A stretch of DNA of 63,964 nt, the filler included, from Saprolegnia diclina VS20 (lineage: Eukaryota), in NCBI RefSeq assembly GCF_000281045.1. It is 11 parts of 2 records of this genome, joined end to end, with 100 filler letters (N's around TTAATTAATTAA, not from the genome) between each part and the next. Parts side by side here need not be neighbours in the genome. Positions count along the whole stretch, not along the records: positions 21,021 to 23,166 come from NW_008246068.1; positions 23,267 to 31,442 come from NW_008246068.1; positions 31,543 to 57,085 come from NW_008246068.1; 8 more parts are not named here. The stretch is one strand, 5' to 3'. The notes below the pieces were generated by a model that worked only from the letters and a program-made list of their open reading frames with translations, was not told the origin of the DNA and searched no databases. Positions 21,345 through 33,036 of the stretch are shown piece after piece (positions within the stretch are counted from its first letter, which is position 1; every line of letters begins with the position of its first letter). A program made the translations under genes and the position numbers.

Positions 21345-22430
21345 GAGGGGATTGGCGAAAAGTTGGGTCCTATGGCACTGTGATTGGACAAAAATTCGAA
21401 GCACTGACCATGGCGTGCTTGTGTTCTTCTTCTTCGTCCAATATGGCCGGTAGCAGAAGCTCGGACTGGTTGCTTCGCTGCGTCGCCTTGAGCTATATTC
21501 CAAATCGAAGGTTTTGCAAGGCCAATAGCATCATGTACTAGCGATGTCGCAGCCGCGATGCAGGGCTTTGTCTCGAAACTCACGTACTGCGCTCTCGGGT
21601 GCTGCGTGGTCGTCGACCAAGTTACTACCAGCAAACAGCATTCTCTGCCGAACGTTTACATGTTCGCTGCACATCGTGGGCAAGCTTGTAGCATGGTAGC
21701 CCTGCTTCTCGGCGCTTATCGCTATTGTTCAAGCCCAACAGGTTCACGTATGAAACAGCCGTATCTTGGTGCTTCGGTGCACTGCATAACGAACAACACT
21801 GCAGTGCCTTCATTCGACGAAACTACATTGTTCAAGTCAAGAAAATTCTTTGTTCGCAAGGATCGGCAACCTGTGCCTCCATCACTCGATCTCTGTACAA
21901 ACCCTGTACTAGTACTTGACTCGAGGGATTTGATTTCATGTAGGCACCTGACATCCGTGCATCTGTCGCGCGGGTCGTGCCAGTGGCACGCTCTCCGCCA
22001 TCATGCTGGGTTTAAGAACGCTCGACATCCATGTATTCTGGACGGTTTCAAACTATGTGGCGATACGTAACCGTTCGGAGTTGAGTAACCATCAGGAGAT
22101 ATGTAACGGTCCGGGATCACGCCGATGTCACAACACATCACGGTAACCGGTGAGAGCAATCCGTATCCGGCGCCGACATCGCTCGCTGCTGCGCACTTTG
22201 GGCTTTGATGCAAAAGGACTTCGGATTTCGAATGGACGACGACTTTAGCAGCGAGTGCGATGCTACTGTCTGTACGATTTTGGCACTGCGAGTCTCACGC
22301 CAGGAACGTCGAACGTACGGTGACTGTGTGGCAAGCACCTGATCACACACCAAGGCCAAGTGCTAGGCGAAGAACGGTGCAGACCAGTTGAGCTTCTGTC
22401 GAATCGACTTGGCTACTCTAGCGATACCAC
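21345..22430. repeat. Diverged segmental duplicate of ~25213-26180
   Basis: Collinear shared blocks: gggattggcNaaaag..gcactgtgattgga..attcgaagcactgac; ttctctgccgaac; aagcacctg.tc.cacacc.a.gccaagtgcta; gctactcta.cgata. Confidence 0.75.
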
Positions 22431-23266
22431 TACAGAACAGAAACCTGCGTGGGTGTATGCATTCTGAGCATCTTGGTACGAGCCAACAACGCCGGCAGCA
22501 AAGTACCTTCATACCCGATTGGCAAGCATTTGCTTTGGATGCCACCACAAGACGGCATTTGCGCCATCTCTAACGCCCTTTTCGACGACAAAAGAGACAT
22601 CGTCATTAGAGGCCGATATCAGCGAGATATTCGTCGCGTCCTATGTAGGGTTGCAGTTTCTAGGAATCTGATTTTGTACCTTGATGATCAGGCGTAACCA
22701 GTCTTCGCTGATTCACGTAGTTGACATGACACGAACCACCTCGTTGTTCTGGTCGCGCTTGCTGTTCAGCTGGATCGCGATTGTAGTTCGGGTCCCTACG
22801 GCTAGTTCGTTTACTGTTTCGGAGTGTACCACCCCAGAACCACTTTAAATCAACCTCGCGTCGGTTTCTACACATGGCGAACGAGCTGCTCGTAGCTACT
22901 AGTACTTGCTGCACGCATACGCGCAGCGTTACGACGCAAACGGGAACAAACCCGGAATCATCAGCGAGTCGATCAAGAACAATGGTCAACGGCGTGGGCA
23001 CGAGATGCAATTACCGCTACTAACTAGAACGCTAACAAGGACAAGTATATATTTCCCCACACGGACACGCCAAGACCCAAGGCAATGTTTCTCCATCGTC
23101 ACTAGCAATGCAAATCGCAAAGCAAACTGGCGTCATTGTAATCCCACTGGGTGAGTGAGCGATATANNNNNNNNNNNNNNNNNNNNNNNNNNNNNNNNNN
23201 NNNNNNNNNNTTAATTAATTAANNNNNNNNNNNNNNNNNNNNNNNNNNNNNNNNNNNNNNNNNNNN

Positions 23267-23472
23267 TGGCAGACCAGCTCGACTGCAGCCCGATGCGCGT
23301 GTCCAAGAAGCTGGGGTCGGGCATGCTTCAGGGACAATATGTACCGCGACGCCTTGGCTCAACAGCATACGTGCCGAACCGGCACCCGACGGCAGCGTTT
23401 GTCTATTTGGCGCAAGAGGCCCAGGCGCAGTTGGCGACGCTGCGCAAGCTGAGTTTTGCGTGTCTGCATTAG
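23267..23472 (+). CDS. 3' fragment of a CxPMRxSKK-domain protein paralog (rest in gap)
   Basis: ADQLDCSPMRVSKKLGSGMLQGQYVPRRLG...SFACLH*. Confidence 0.8.
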
Positions 23473-24499
23473 GTGCTGTAGTTATTATAATAGTGTGGTA
23501 TTGGATATATGTTCATGTAGCTTAAGACGCTGGTCTCCGAACGTTCCCTTCAACTGGCGTTGCCTCTTTTTTCAAAAATGCAGGTGCCGAACTGTACGGA
23601 TAAAATTTATCCGGTAGCCTCTGTACTGGAGCTGGACCAAATTTGCCTGGTTTGCGAACGCACATTTGCGAGTCAACGCACTCAAGGACTGTGAATGGAC
23701 CGCACGCGTCGTTTTGCGTCGGTGGGGGTGGCAGACGTGGCCTGTGCTGGAGCTGCGCTTGCTGTGGCTCATGACGTCATGCGCGAAGCTAAGTTCAGCA
23801 TTCTAACCATTTTGAGGTCGAGTTCAATGACATGATTCGCGATCCTCGCTACAGCCAGTGGTTCATCAACAGCCTCCGCTGCTCCCAAGCCACGTTTCGC
23901 GCTCTTGTGTCCACCCTCTGCGTCTACATAATTGTTGGTATCGTTCTCTGAACACTGCACAACCTCGTCGCTGCACCATTCGCCAAGCTGCTCAACGTTG
24001 GTTTATCACACGATAACCAGTCCAGCTCGGCCAAGGGACGCAAATCTGCTTGTCTGGGCCCAACAAGCCCAAGGCGTGTACTCGAGCCACCGTCCGATCC
24101 GTACGCCGTCTCTGTCATGGTTCTCGCGCGCGTCCAAAAGAAGCTTGACAAGCTGATTGGCGCGCACGAGAGCGGCTACCGCCCTGGACCAAGCACGTCG
24201 TATGTCGTATGGTCGCACAAGGGGCGCCCAGATCCGCCAGTATGAAGAGCAGTTCACGATGCTGGGAATCGACTTCTCCCGCGAGTTCGACACGATCAAC
24301 CGCGGTATCCTCGACGATGATGAAGTGCCCCGCTCCAATTGCGGCTATACGACAAGTCGCACAGCCCTTTTGAGACCAACATAGGCACGCCATAAGGCGA
24401 CTCGTTGTCGCTGGCGCAGTTTCTTGTATGCATCGACGCCACGCTCAAGAATTTCGGGCAGACGCTCAGCGAGGCAAGCAACCTCCTCGATAACACGGT

Positions 24500-24960
24500 C
24501 TCCTACACCCGACGACTCGGCCTTCATCTGCCACGACGACGCTCCCATGTGACCAGGATCAAGGACACCGCCTTCTTGGCGTGGCACGCAACCAAGAAGC
24601 TCGGTAGTCTGACGACGCAGCCGGTTTGCACGCTCGGAAGCGACTGCTGACAGCGGCGTTCTACAACATGTGGAAGATCTGGATGCGCTGAGGCCTCATC
24701 TCGGAAGGCACCCGTATGCGGTTGGCTGTACAAGTGCTACGAGCTCCCAGTCCTTTTGCCCTACGCGAACAAGCCTCGCGGGCCTCGACAGTTTCCATCG
24801 TCGGCAGCTGCGTCGTCTGCTAGGTATCTTTCACCCAAACGCTCTACAAGCGCTTCGACAGCGTCCCGCTGAGCGAGATTTTCGTCGCCTGCCAGCGCTG
24901 GCGCCTGCTGCGCCTGGATAACGACGTCCCTGCCAACGCTGCCGCCGGTCGCAAAGCCTG
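24500..24960 (+). mobile_element. Decayed non-LTR retrotransposon (LINE, RTE-like) RT C-terminal fragment
   Basis: Across frames: AWHATKKLGSL, AAFYNMWKIWMR*GLISEGTRMRL, YKCYELPVLL, LAGLDSFHRRQLRRLLGIF, ALYKR and QRWRLL, matching the post-RT thumb region of LINEs. Stops and frameshifts are present. Confidence 0.8.
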
Positions 24961-26799
24961 GCAGACCTTTCGGAGCTTGTCGTCATGAGCGTCTCCCGTG
25001 GCCGCAAGTGCCCCCGAAAAGCAAAATGCACCGCACGCCGCCTGGCGAGCAAATGAAGAAGGAAATAGCTAGTCTCTATGCATGCGGCGTATTTACAACA
25101 ACGAGGGTAACACAAAACACTGCGTGTGTTTTGAGCGTAGTTGCTTTGCGCGAAACAACCTTGTGCACGAGGCGGCGAAAGTGATCGTGACGCGTCTTTG
25201 TGGTCTTGCGAGCAGGGATTGGCTAAAAGCTGGTCCTGATCGCACTGTGATTGGAGAAATATTCGAAGCACTGACTGACCCCGCCAGTGCACTTGTTTCA
25301 TTGTCCCATGCGGCCAAGTCGCCAGTTGCTTCGCTGTGTCGCTTCACGAATGTTCGAAATCGAAGCTTTTGCAAAGCTCGCATGCGTTGTCGCACCCTCG
25401 ATGCAAGATTTCACCTCAAAACGCACGCTGGGCCTTGGCGGTGGCTTCTTGGTCGTCGACTTCGTGCAAGTTCTCTGCCGAACATGTACAATTTCGCTGC
25501 ACGTCTTGGGCAAGCGGCTGGGCCGTCTTGGCGGCGATCGCTAGCATTTCTGGCCAATCAAAACCAGCCGAGCCCTGTGGACCATCTGTTCTAGGTGCAT
25601 TTGGGCGTTTTGCTCGAGCCCAAGTTGCGCCACCATCTCTGCATGCGCCCTGTGCTTGTCTTTGTCGTATTTGATTTAATGCCGGTATCTATCTGGCATC
25701 GTGCAGCTGCCGCATGGGATGTGCCCGAGGCACGCTCTCCGTCGCCGTGCTTGGCGAGACAGCCCTTGCCATCCACTCATTTTTGACAGTTTCAATATAG
25801 CTTGGGGTGTAACTGTCCTTAAACAAGTAACCGTTGGCCTACGTGTAACCGTCAGGGATCGTCACGACACATCACCGGAAGCTCGATCCGTAAGTGGCAG
25901 CTAGTGATTTACCGCACGGTTTACTAGCACTCGGTCAACTTGGACGCAGAAATACAATGACGTCTTTAATAATGGGATGACTACCACAGCAGCAGTCGCG
26001 ATGGGACTGACTACCTTCATGATCTTTGTAGGATGAGATTCATGCCAGGATTGTCGGGGATGGGTGGCGACAGTGTGAGAAGCACCTGGTCGCACACCCA
26101 AGCCAAGTGCTAAAAGGCGGAGAACAGTGCAGACAAGTTCAGCCTCTGTAGAATCCGCATAGCTACTCTATCGATAATACGACAGACCCCAAGGCCTGCA
26201 CGGTGAGCAAACCACTTTGATAAGCCGAGCGGATGCAAGCATGCTAGTCCTCGCACAGACAATAACGAAGAGCCAAGCATTTCATTGTCATCTTGCTGCG
26301 AGCTACCTGTGCGCTCGTCGCTTCGGCGCAAAGCCCTCTCCATCGGGAGGCAAACCGACTCATTCCAGTTTAGTCGCAGGGGATGAGAGAGAGCCATAAA
26401 CAAGGGTCGTCGTCGTCGCCTTGCAGCTCAGTGTCGGACAACCTGGTGGCAAGCAGCACCATTGTTTAACGTTTCTGTCGTTTGACCCACGCTTCGGCAC
26501 GACAAGCATCCGCACGGCACCTTGGTATTCGTGTGACCACGCGGAGTGCTGTTTCAACAACGGTCGTACACTTCACCTCATAGCCAATACGGGGATCAAG
26601 GCCAACTCTCACTACCAAGCACACTGCCTGATCAGACCATGGCGACAGCCCTATCACGCACCGCTTACGCACATACTACCCAGTCGCAACCGTAGCTGAT
26701 CACTAATTTTACAAACCTTTTACGGTACGTGAGCCTGCAGGTCACCAAGTGCGATACATTGTGAAATCGTTTTGCTGGGACCCCACTCTTCAATTTGCC

Positions 26800-27564
26800 A
26801 TGGACATTGCACGCCTCCTTGCACCGCTCGACCGCGGCATCGACGACTTCGATGATGACAACACCACCACGCACGCTGATCTCCGCAACGGCGCTTGGTC
26901 GTGGGTCGAGGAGCGCTACACGATGGCGCTCATTGAAGCCTTCCTCCTCGGCGCCTTTCCAAGCCTACTGCCGGGCACGACGCTGCGGGGCTTCCTCGCG
27001 TCGCACCTACAGTGTGTCCCGATGCGCGTCTCCAAGAAGCTGGCCTCGGGCACGCTTGCCGGCAAAACCGTCGTCAAGAAGCTCGGCAAGTCGCGCTACG
27101 CTCACAACAACACGCTTGATAGCGTCCATGTGCTCCACAAGCTGCGCTTGCTCCAGCGCGCGTTCGACCAAGCGCACAAGCGCGAGGCACGGAATCCCTC
27201 GGGTCGACAACTCTCGCCTCGTCGCCCGACGTCGCCCACGTCGCCGAGTCGCATCGGCCACTGGCCGCTCAAAGAAGAAATGTACTTGCAGAAGCTCATT
27301 AGCTGCTTCTTGAACGGATACCTCGATTTGGTGCCGGGCACAACGCTGCGGGCCTACGTGGCGGGCCAGCTCGACTGCAGCCCGATGCGCGTCTCCAAGA
27401 AACTGGGGTCGGGCATGCTTCTGGGACGGTATGTGCCGCGGCGTCTCGGCTCGACAGCGTACATGCCGAACCGGTACCCGATGGCGACGTTCGCGTACTT
27501 GGCGCAAGAGGCCCAGGCGCAGTTGGCGACGCTGCGCAAGCAGAGTTTTGCGTGTCTTCATTGA
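26800..27564 (+). CDS. Protein with two copies of a stramenopile Myb-like 'GxW..EE.Y..LI..F..G....GT.LR.FLA..L.C.PMRVSKK' domain
   Basis: 254-aa ORF from MDIARLL; the internal duplication is directly visible (GAWSWVEERY...QCVPMRVSKK and GHWPLKEEMY...DCSPMRVSKK). Confidence 0.85.
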   Translation: MDIARLLAPLDRGIDDFDDDNTTTHADLRNGAWSWVEERYTMALIEAFLLGAFPSLLPGTTLRGFLASHLQCVPMRVSKKLASGTLAGKTVVKKLGKSRYAHNNTLDSVHVLHKLRLLQRAFDQAHKREARNPSGRQLSPRRPTSPTSPSRIGHWPLKEEMYLQKLISCFLNGYLDLVPGTTLRAYVAGQLDCSPMRVSKKLGSGMLLGRYVPRRLGSTAYMPNRYPMATFAYLAQEAQAQLATLRKQSFACLH

Positions 27565-28808
27565 GGTGCCGACAAATTGTGTGTAGTGTATCGTAGCAAC
27601 AGGTGGTAGATTGTATCACACGGGTAATTGTGTCGTTGTTTTCTTATCCTTTGTACAATGGTGCCACGACCGAGCTTGGCGCCGGCCACCCCCATACTTT
27701 TCGGTACGTTTCGTCCAAACAAACTCACCGACGTCGCGCTCGGTGCGGCTGATATTTCTGCAGCGCGTCAGTCGCTCGTACCGCCTCGGTCGCGGGAACT
27801 GTCGTCAATCACGTGAGACCATGTTGATGTCCAACGATCGGGTGCGAGGCGTCTGATTCAGTGGGTGTTTTCGACAAACGACAGCGGGGGCTTAGCCGTT
27901 GTGGACGCACTCGTTGGCTTGCTTATGATGACATTTATGGAAGAACAAGGCAACTTTCCCGCCAATCTCATTGTTGAAGCCCATTTCACATTTCACACGT
28001 TCCACACATTTTGCACATGACTTACTGGTCGACGTGGCAAACTGAGAAGAAAGTCCTTCATTGCAGCTGCTCGACGTCCTTCCTGTGAGATGCTGCGCGA
28101 GGTTGGGTTAATAAAAAAGTTTATTGACCCATGAGTTTTATTGACCCATGAGTCGCTGCACCCACGTGATTCGCGCCATGACATGGTTTAGCCTTCGATT
28201 TCCGACTCGGACTACGAGAAAAGACCATTTAACGTGCAAATTTCGAGAACGCAAATGGCTCCACGATTCCCCCGCGCCTGCCAGCCATTCCACTGTGACG
28301 ACGGACCGTAGCCTGTCGACGCATCGCGTGTAATACCATTCGCGCGCGGCTCCAGTGGCTGCAGCGGCCAACGCGAAGAGCGCACGCACGGTGAGCTCCT
28401 CTCGTGATGATGTGATGCGCTAAAAAAAGACAAAGTGGAGTCAGAGTAGCACGTCCTCCTTTCTTGTATAGCACTCCCGACGCGCGATCGCTCGGCGACC
28501 AACGCTATCTTGAGGATGCGCAATACTACAGTACCCTCATCGCGTTCCTTGCCTTGCGTACCTCTCCGGCGGCGGTGGCGACAAGCCGTTCCTTGCCACC
28601 TCGAGCTGCTCTCGCCCTTGACGCACCAACACATCCATTGCTGGACGCGCCTGTTTGCTGCGGCAGCGAATGCACAACCCCAGCACCTTTGGTGCAAGCT
28701 CGAGACAGGAAGCGGAAAATGGTTGGTCGAGGCGTACTGGCCGGGGTATATTAGATAGGGTGGGCGCCAGTGAGGAATAAGTTAGGATCACTACGACAAC
28801 GGATACAT

Positions 28809-29570
28809 CTAGTTGTAGCCAAAGCACGCTTGGCGCAACCGGTGGAGCTCAGCGAGCGCCGCGACCTTGCCGTCCATGTCACTGCCGTCGTGGAGGACCT
28901 TGGGCGGCGCGTAGGCCATCGTGCCGAGCTTCTTGGGCAGGTGGATGCCGGCGATCGAGCCCGTTGCGAGCTTCTTGGAGATACGCATGGGGCTGCAGCG
29001 CAGGCGCTCGGCGAGGAACGACCGGAGGCGCGTTCCCACCGGCAGCGTGATGTAGCCCTTGATGAAACACTCGATGAGCTTCCACGCGTAGAGCTGCTCG
29101 GTGCGGCTCCAAAGGCCGACGCGCGTGAGGTACGGCGCCTGCGTCTTGGTCTGCATCTCCATGACCGCCGTCGGGTCCGTAAACTTGATGTCGTAGGCGT
29201 CGAGGCGCTCGGCGTACGCGCGCTCGGCGTCCGCGAGCTGCTCGAGCTTGACGACTTGCTGGACCGGGTCCACTTGCTGGTTTTCGTACCGGATCGGACC
29301 GAGCTTGGCCGGGAGCGCGACGCCGGCGAGGCGGCCGGTCGCAAGCTTCTTGGAGACGCGCATCGGCGAGCAGTAGAGCTTGTCGGCGAGGAAGCAGCGG
29401 AGCGACGTGCCGAGCATAATGTCGGGCAAATAGCCTTGGGCAAAGCACTCGATGAGCGCCAGCGAGTACCGCTCTTCCTCGAGCGTCCAAATGCCGGCGC
29501 GCGGGCTCTGCACGATGCCCGAGTGGTCGCTCGACCCGTCGTCCGACGTGAGAAGGAGGGCAATGTCCAT
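28809..29570 (-). CDS. Divergent paralog with two CxPMRxSKK domains, convergent with 26800-27564
   Basis: MDIALLL...GIWTLEEERYSLALIECF...YCSPMRVSKK...GLWSRTEQLYAWKLIECF...RCSPMRISKK...QACFGYN. Confidence 0.87.
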   Translation of the reverse strand: MDIALLLTSDDGSSDHSGIVQSPRAGIWTLEEERYSLALIECFAQGYLPDIMLGTSLRCFLADKLYCSPMRVSKKLATGRLAGVALPAKLGPIRYENQQVDPVQQVVKLEQLADAERAYAERLDAYDIKFTDPTAVMEMQTKTQAPYLTRVGLWSRTEQLYAWKLIECFIKGYITLPVGTRLRSFLAERLRCSPMRISKKLATGSIAGIHLPKKLGTMAYAPPKVLHDGSDMDGKVAALAELHRLRQACFGYN

Positions 29571-32173
29571 CGTCGTTTGGTGGTGCTGGGTGTCGCGAGG
29601 CAAAATGCAAACTGGGCCAAACAGCGTCGTGTGCCCGTCGCAGGTGTCGGTTCTATGGCCTCCTGGCGCCACTCCTCTCTCGTGTCGATTTCTCGCGATG
29701 ATGATGAGGTACCGTACTGTAGAACCTTCGATGGGTTGAAGACGTTGAAGCCCGATAATTGGCTGTGCCAAGTAATGTGGTAGGTGCAGCGCCACATGGT
29801 GCACGCATCGTGGTGGTGCCACTCCGTGCACCGGCCCACGAACGCGCGCCACGCTGCGGCCGCGGTCGGCCCGCGTCCGGCCCACCGCCAACGAAAGACC
29901 GAGAAGGACGCGTGGCGGCCGCGCTGCAATGAAGCTTCACGAACGAGGCGGCACCTGGGGCGTCCACAAATGGCAGGTGGCATGCACCCGTTCGTACGCT
30001 AAGTCAAGTTGCGTGCAACGCGCGCCGGTCTACATAAAAACGCCGAGCCCGAATGGAGGCCATCCAAGCGCACACCGCCCCAACGTCCTCCAAAGCCCGA
30101 CATCGAGATGTGCTCGACCAAGTGTGGTGGCGCCACCGTATTCTCCGCCGCAGTCGCCGGCCACAACGCTGCCGTGCCACAGCGCGTCCGCCGTCCGAAC
30201 GACTGGAGAGGGTTCCTTGTCGTCGCCGTGTCCCAGCGAACTGGGCACATAGAAGTGGCGGCCGAGTACTGTGCGGCGGCCGCGCAATAGATACGCACGC
30301 ATGCCCTGAACCGATGCATCCATCTTCGAGGTGCTTTCGACTCGTCCCACCCTGGTCACCACGGGCACTGCACCCGACTTCACCTTGGAAAGGTCAACAT
30401 GGCCCGTAAATTGTGACAAAAGAGGGTAGAGTTGCACTTTATGGTGCTGCACTATGGTATTTTTCGACAAAAAGAGGGTTTGCACGTGGATACTTGGCTC
30501 AGGATGCGTGCGTCGGCCATCTCGTCCGACGTTCCTGCCATTCCGTGGGTTGAAGCCGTCGACGCTACGGTCGTGGACGGTCAACTGAGTTCCAGTCGAG
30601 TCGTTCTAGTCGTCGTACGACGGTGCAGATTTGTCAAGTGTCTTTTTGCATTGGAATTGGTTCCAACTGCGATGGGTTTGTCTCGGGCCTGTCGACTCGT
30701 TCATGGTACCCACGTCGCCATGCATTTCGAATACGTGACCGTCCAATTGTTAGTAAAGCGGGAAGCGTCAGGTTGTCGTCGGTGGCCGTGTCGTAGAAAC
30801 TACGCAATGTGTAACCCTACCCGCTGCGGCACGGTGGGTTGCTTTGCAGTGCAGTTTGCGATTTCTGAAGGCACCACCATGGTCGCTCTTCTTTATCACG
30901 AACCGGTCACGTCACACCAGCACACTGGCGTCAACGGATGACTCTGTCGGTCGGCGATATAGAAATGACATGCACCCATGCTTGCAAGTGGTCGCCGATT
31001 CACAATCACACGTCTTCCACCCATGCTCGTCCGATCTTTCTTGACGTATACGAGAGCGGCATTGCAGACTGAAAGCAGCGATGCGCTTGCTACTGCAGCC
31101 CTATATTAATCGTGTCAAGCATGCAACAGCTGCCGCGTCGTCGCAGCCACAGTACTCGCCCGCCGACTCGGCTACAAAAAACGCTCAACGGGATGTATCG
31201 CAGGTTCGATTAATCGCACGTGCGTACGTCGAGAGACGAATGCACCTAGAGTGCAGGGAGCGAGGGACGCCCGCGACGAGAGCAAGAGTGGCGAACGTGT
31301 CCTCGTAGCGTCCCTCACGCTGCGTGAAGCTGCACTTGACACCGTTCCATGCCGTCCAAGTCGAGTTGGCGGTTTGTTGTTTGCAGATAGGCGAGAGAAT
31401 CCCAGCCTGCAATGGTCAACGGCATCACACCAACACAAAAACNNNNNNNNNNNNNNNNNNNNNNNNNNNNNNNNNNNNNNNNNNNNTTAATTAATTAANN
31501 NNNNNNNNNNNNNNNNNNNNNNNNNNNNNNNNNNNNNNNNNNGCTGATGCGAAACACACGAATGTATTTTATCACACACCTTGGGACTCACTTCATGATT
31601 CTTGCATTCCAGATCTGACGGAGCACCGAGCAGGAATAGCCTCTTCCTGGCCTCTCTTCCTTTCAAACACGTCGCTACTAGCATGATGGCAGCGTCGATC
31701 GTGGAAGACAGGTGACGCGGCGCTGGCGCCGCACACATGGTCCGGAGGGCTAAGTGGTGTCAACCACCTTCGTCGATCAAGATCGTGGTCGGAGGTCGGC
31801 GCCAAATGACACACACCGCGGATTGGTCAATTCCACTATGAATCCAGCGAATCAACGAGCGGCTCCAAAACCTGTGAAAATAAATATATTCGAATCGGGT
31901 CGGGACAGCGCGCGGTTACCCACGCCACGTCCAACGAACTCTCTCAATCGTAATGAGTCTTGGTCGTAGTACCAAGAGACGTCCTGGTTTGGTTGCGCAC
32001 TGTCCGTGGCGCGCGAGCGCGGTGGCGTTGCCTCGAAGGGCACTTCCGAAGTTCAAAAGAAGTTGAATTTGAGATGTGTAGGTCTATCGAAGTATCGAAT
32101 CGAAGTTTGGAATCTATAAAGTTTCGCCGACTTTGCCTGAAAATAGTGGTGGAGACAAAAAGTCACTTGCTCC

Positions 32174-32737
32174 ATGTTGCGCCGTGTCCTCGCCAAGACT
32201 GCCGCCCGCAGCTTCGGGTCCCACGCGCCCAAGCACGTGCCCGAGCAGTTCGTGCGCGACCACCTCGTGGCCGTGACCTTGCTCGACTACGAGGGCAGCC
32301 GCCACATCATCCAGGGCCGCGTCGGCCAGACGCTCTTTGAGGCGTGCCAGTTGTCGGGCCTCGACATCGTCAAGGACGACTCGCTAGGCGGCGGTGGCTC
32401 CGCGTACAGCGCGGTGCGGACGCCCGAGTTCACTGAGAGCCTCTTTGGCGAAGGCCCGTCGTCGCCCTTGTCGCACGTCGTGGTCTCGAACGAGTGGGTG
32501 CACAAGCTGCCGGCGCCGACCGAGCGCGAAGCGCGCATCCTTGAGGACGTGCCGGAAGAGGACCTGACCAAGAACTCGCGCCTTGGCACGGAAATCATCT
32601 TGACCAAGGACTTGGACGGCCTCGTCGTCGCCGTGCCTGAGGCGCCGCCGGTCGAGACCTTTACGTACTTGAACGACTGGGAGGAGCCGCAGCCCGAAGC
32701 GTACACCATGTTCCCCAAGTCCATCCGTGGCGATTAG
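32174..32737 (+). CDS. Mitochondrial ferredoxin-fold protein lacking 2Fe-2S cysteines; probable complex I bridge subunit (C1-FDX-like)
   Basis: Arg-rich presequence MLRRVLAKTAARSF and adrenodoxin-like GQTLFEA. The ligand loop reads GEGPSSPLSHV and SRLGTEI, and the C-terminus is LTKDLDGLVVAVPEAP. Confidence 0.8.
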   Translation: MLRRVLAKTAARSFGSHAPKHVPEQFVRDHLVAVTLLDYEGSRHIIQGRVGQTLFEACQLSGLDIVKDDSLGGGGSAYSAVRTPEFTESLFGEGPSSPLSHVVVSNEWVHKLPAPTEREARILEDVPEEDLTKNSRLGTEIILTKDLDGLVVAVPEAPPVETFTYLNDWEEPQPEAYTMFPKSIRGD

Positions 32738-33036
32738 ATATGAATCGAATACAATATGGCCGCGTGGTATTGCCGTTGGATGCAGTTGAACCTCACGAAC
32801 ACAGATGCGAGATGGCATGCTGCACAGTATTAGCCAAGACCCACGCAATAGCAGCGTAACTCGAATGCATGGTCGTACCTTGGCCTACAGAAGGTGGGCC
32901 GTCGACCACAGCCACGCATCGTCAAAGGCAGAAGCACCTCGTCGATCGCCGAATCTTCGATCTTGAAACCTTCGACCGTGCTTTGCCGTTTCGGTGGTTT
33001 CTGCCGCAGCGCCTTTCCACACGCCGACCCACTGTC

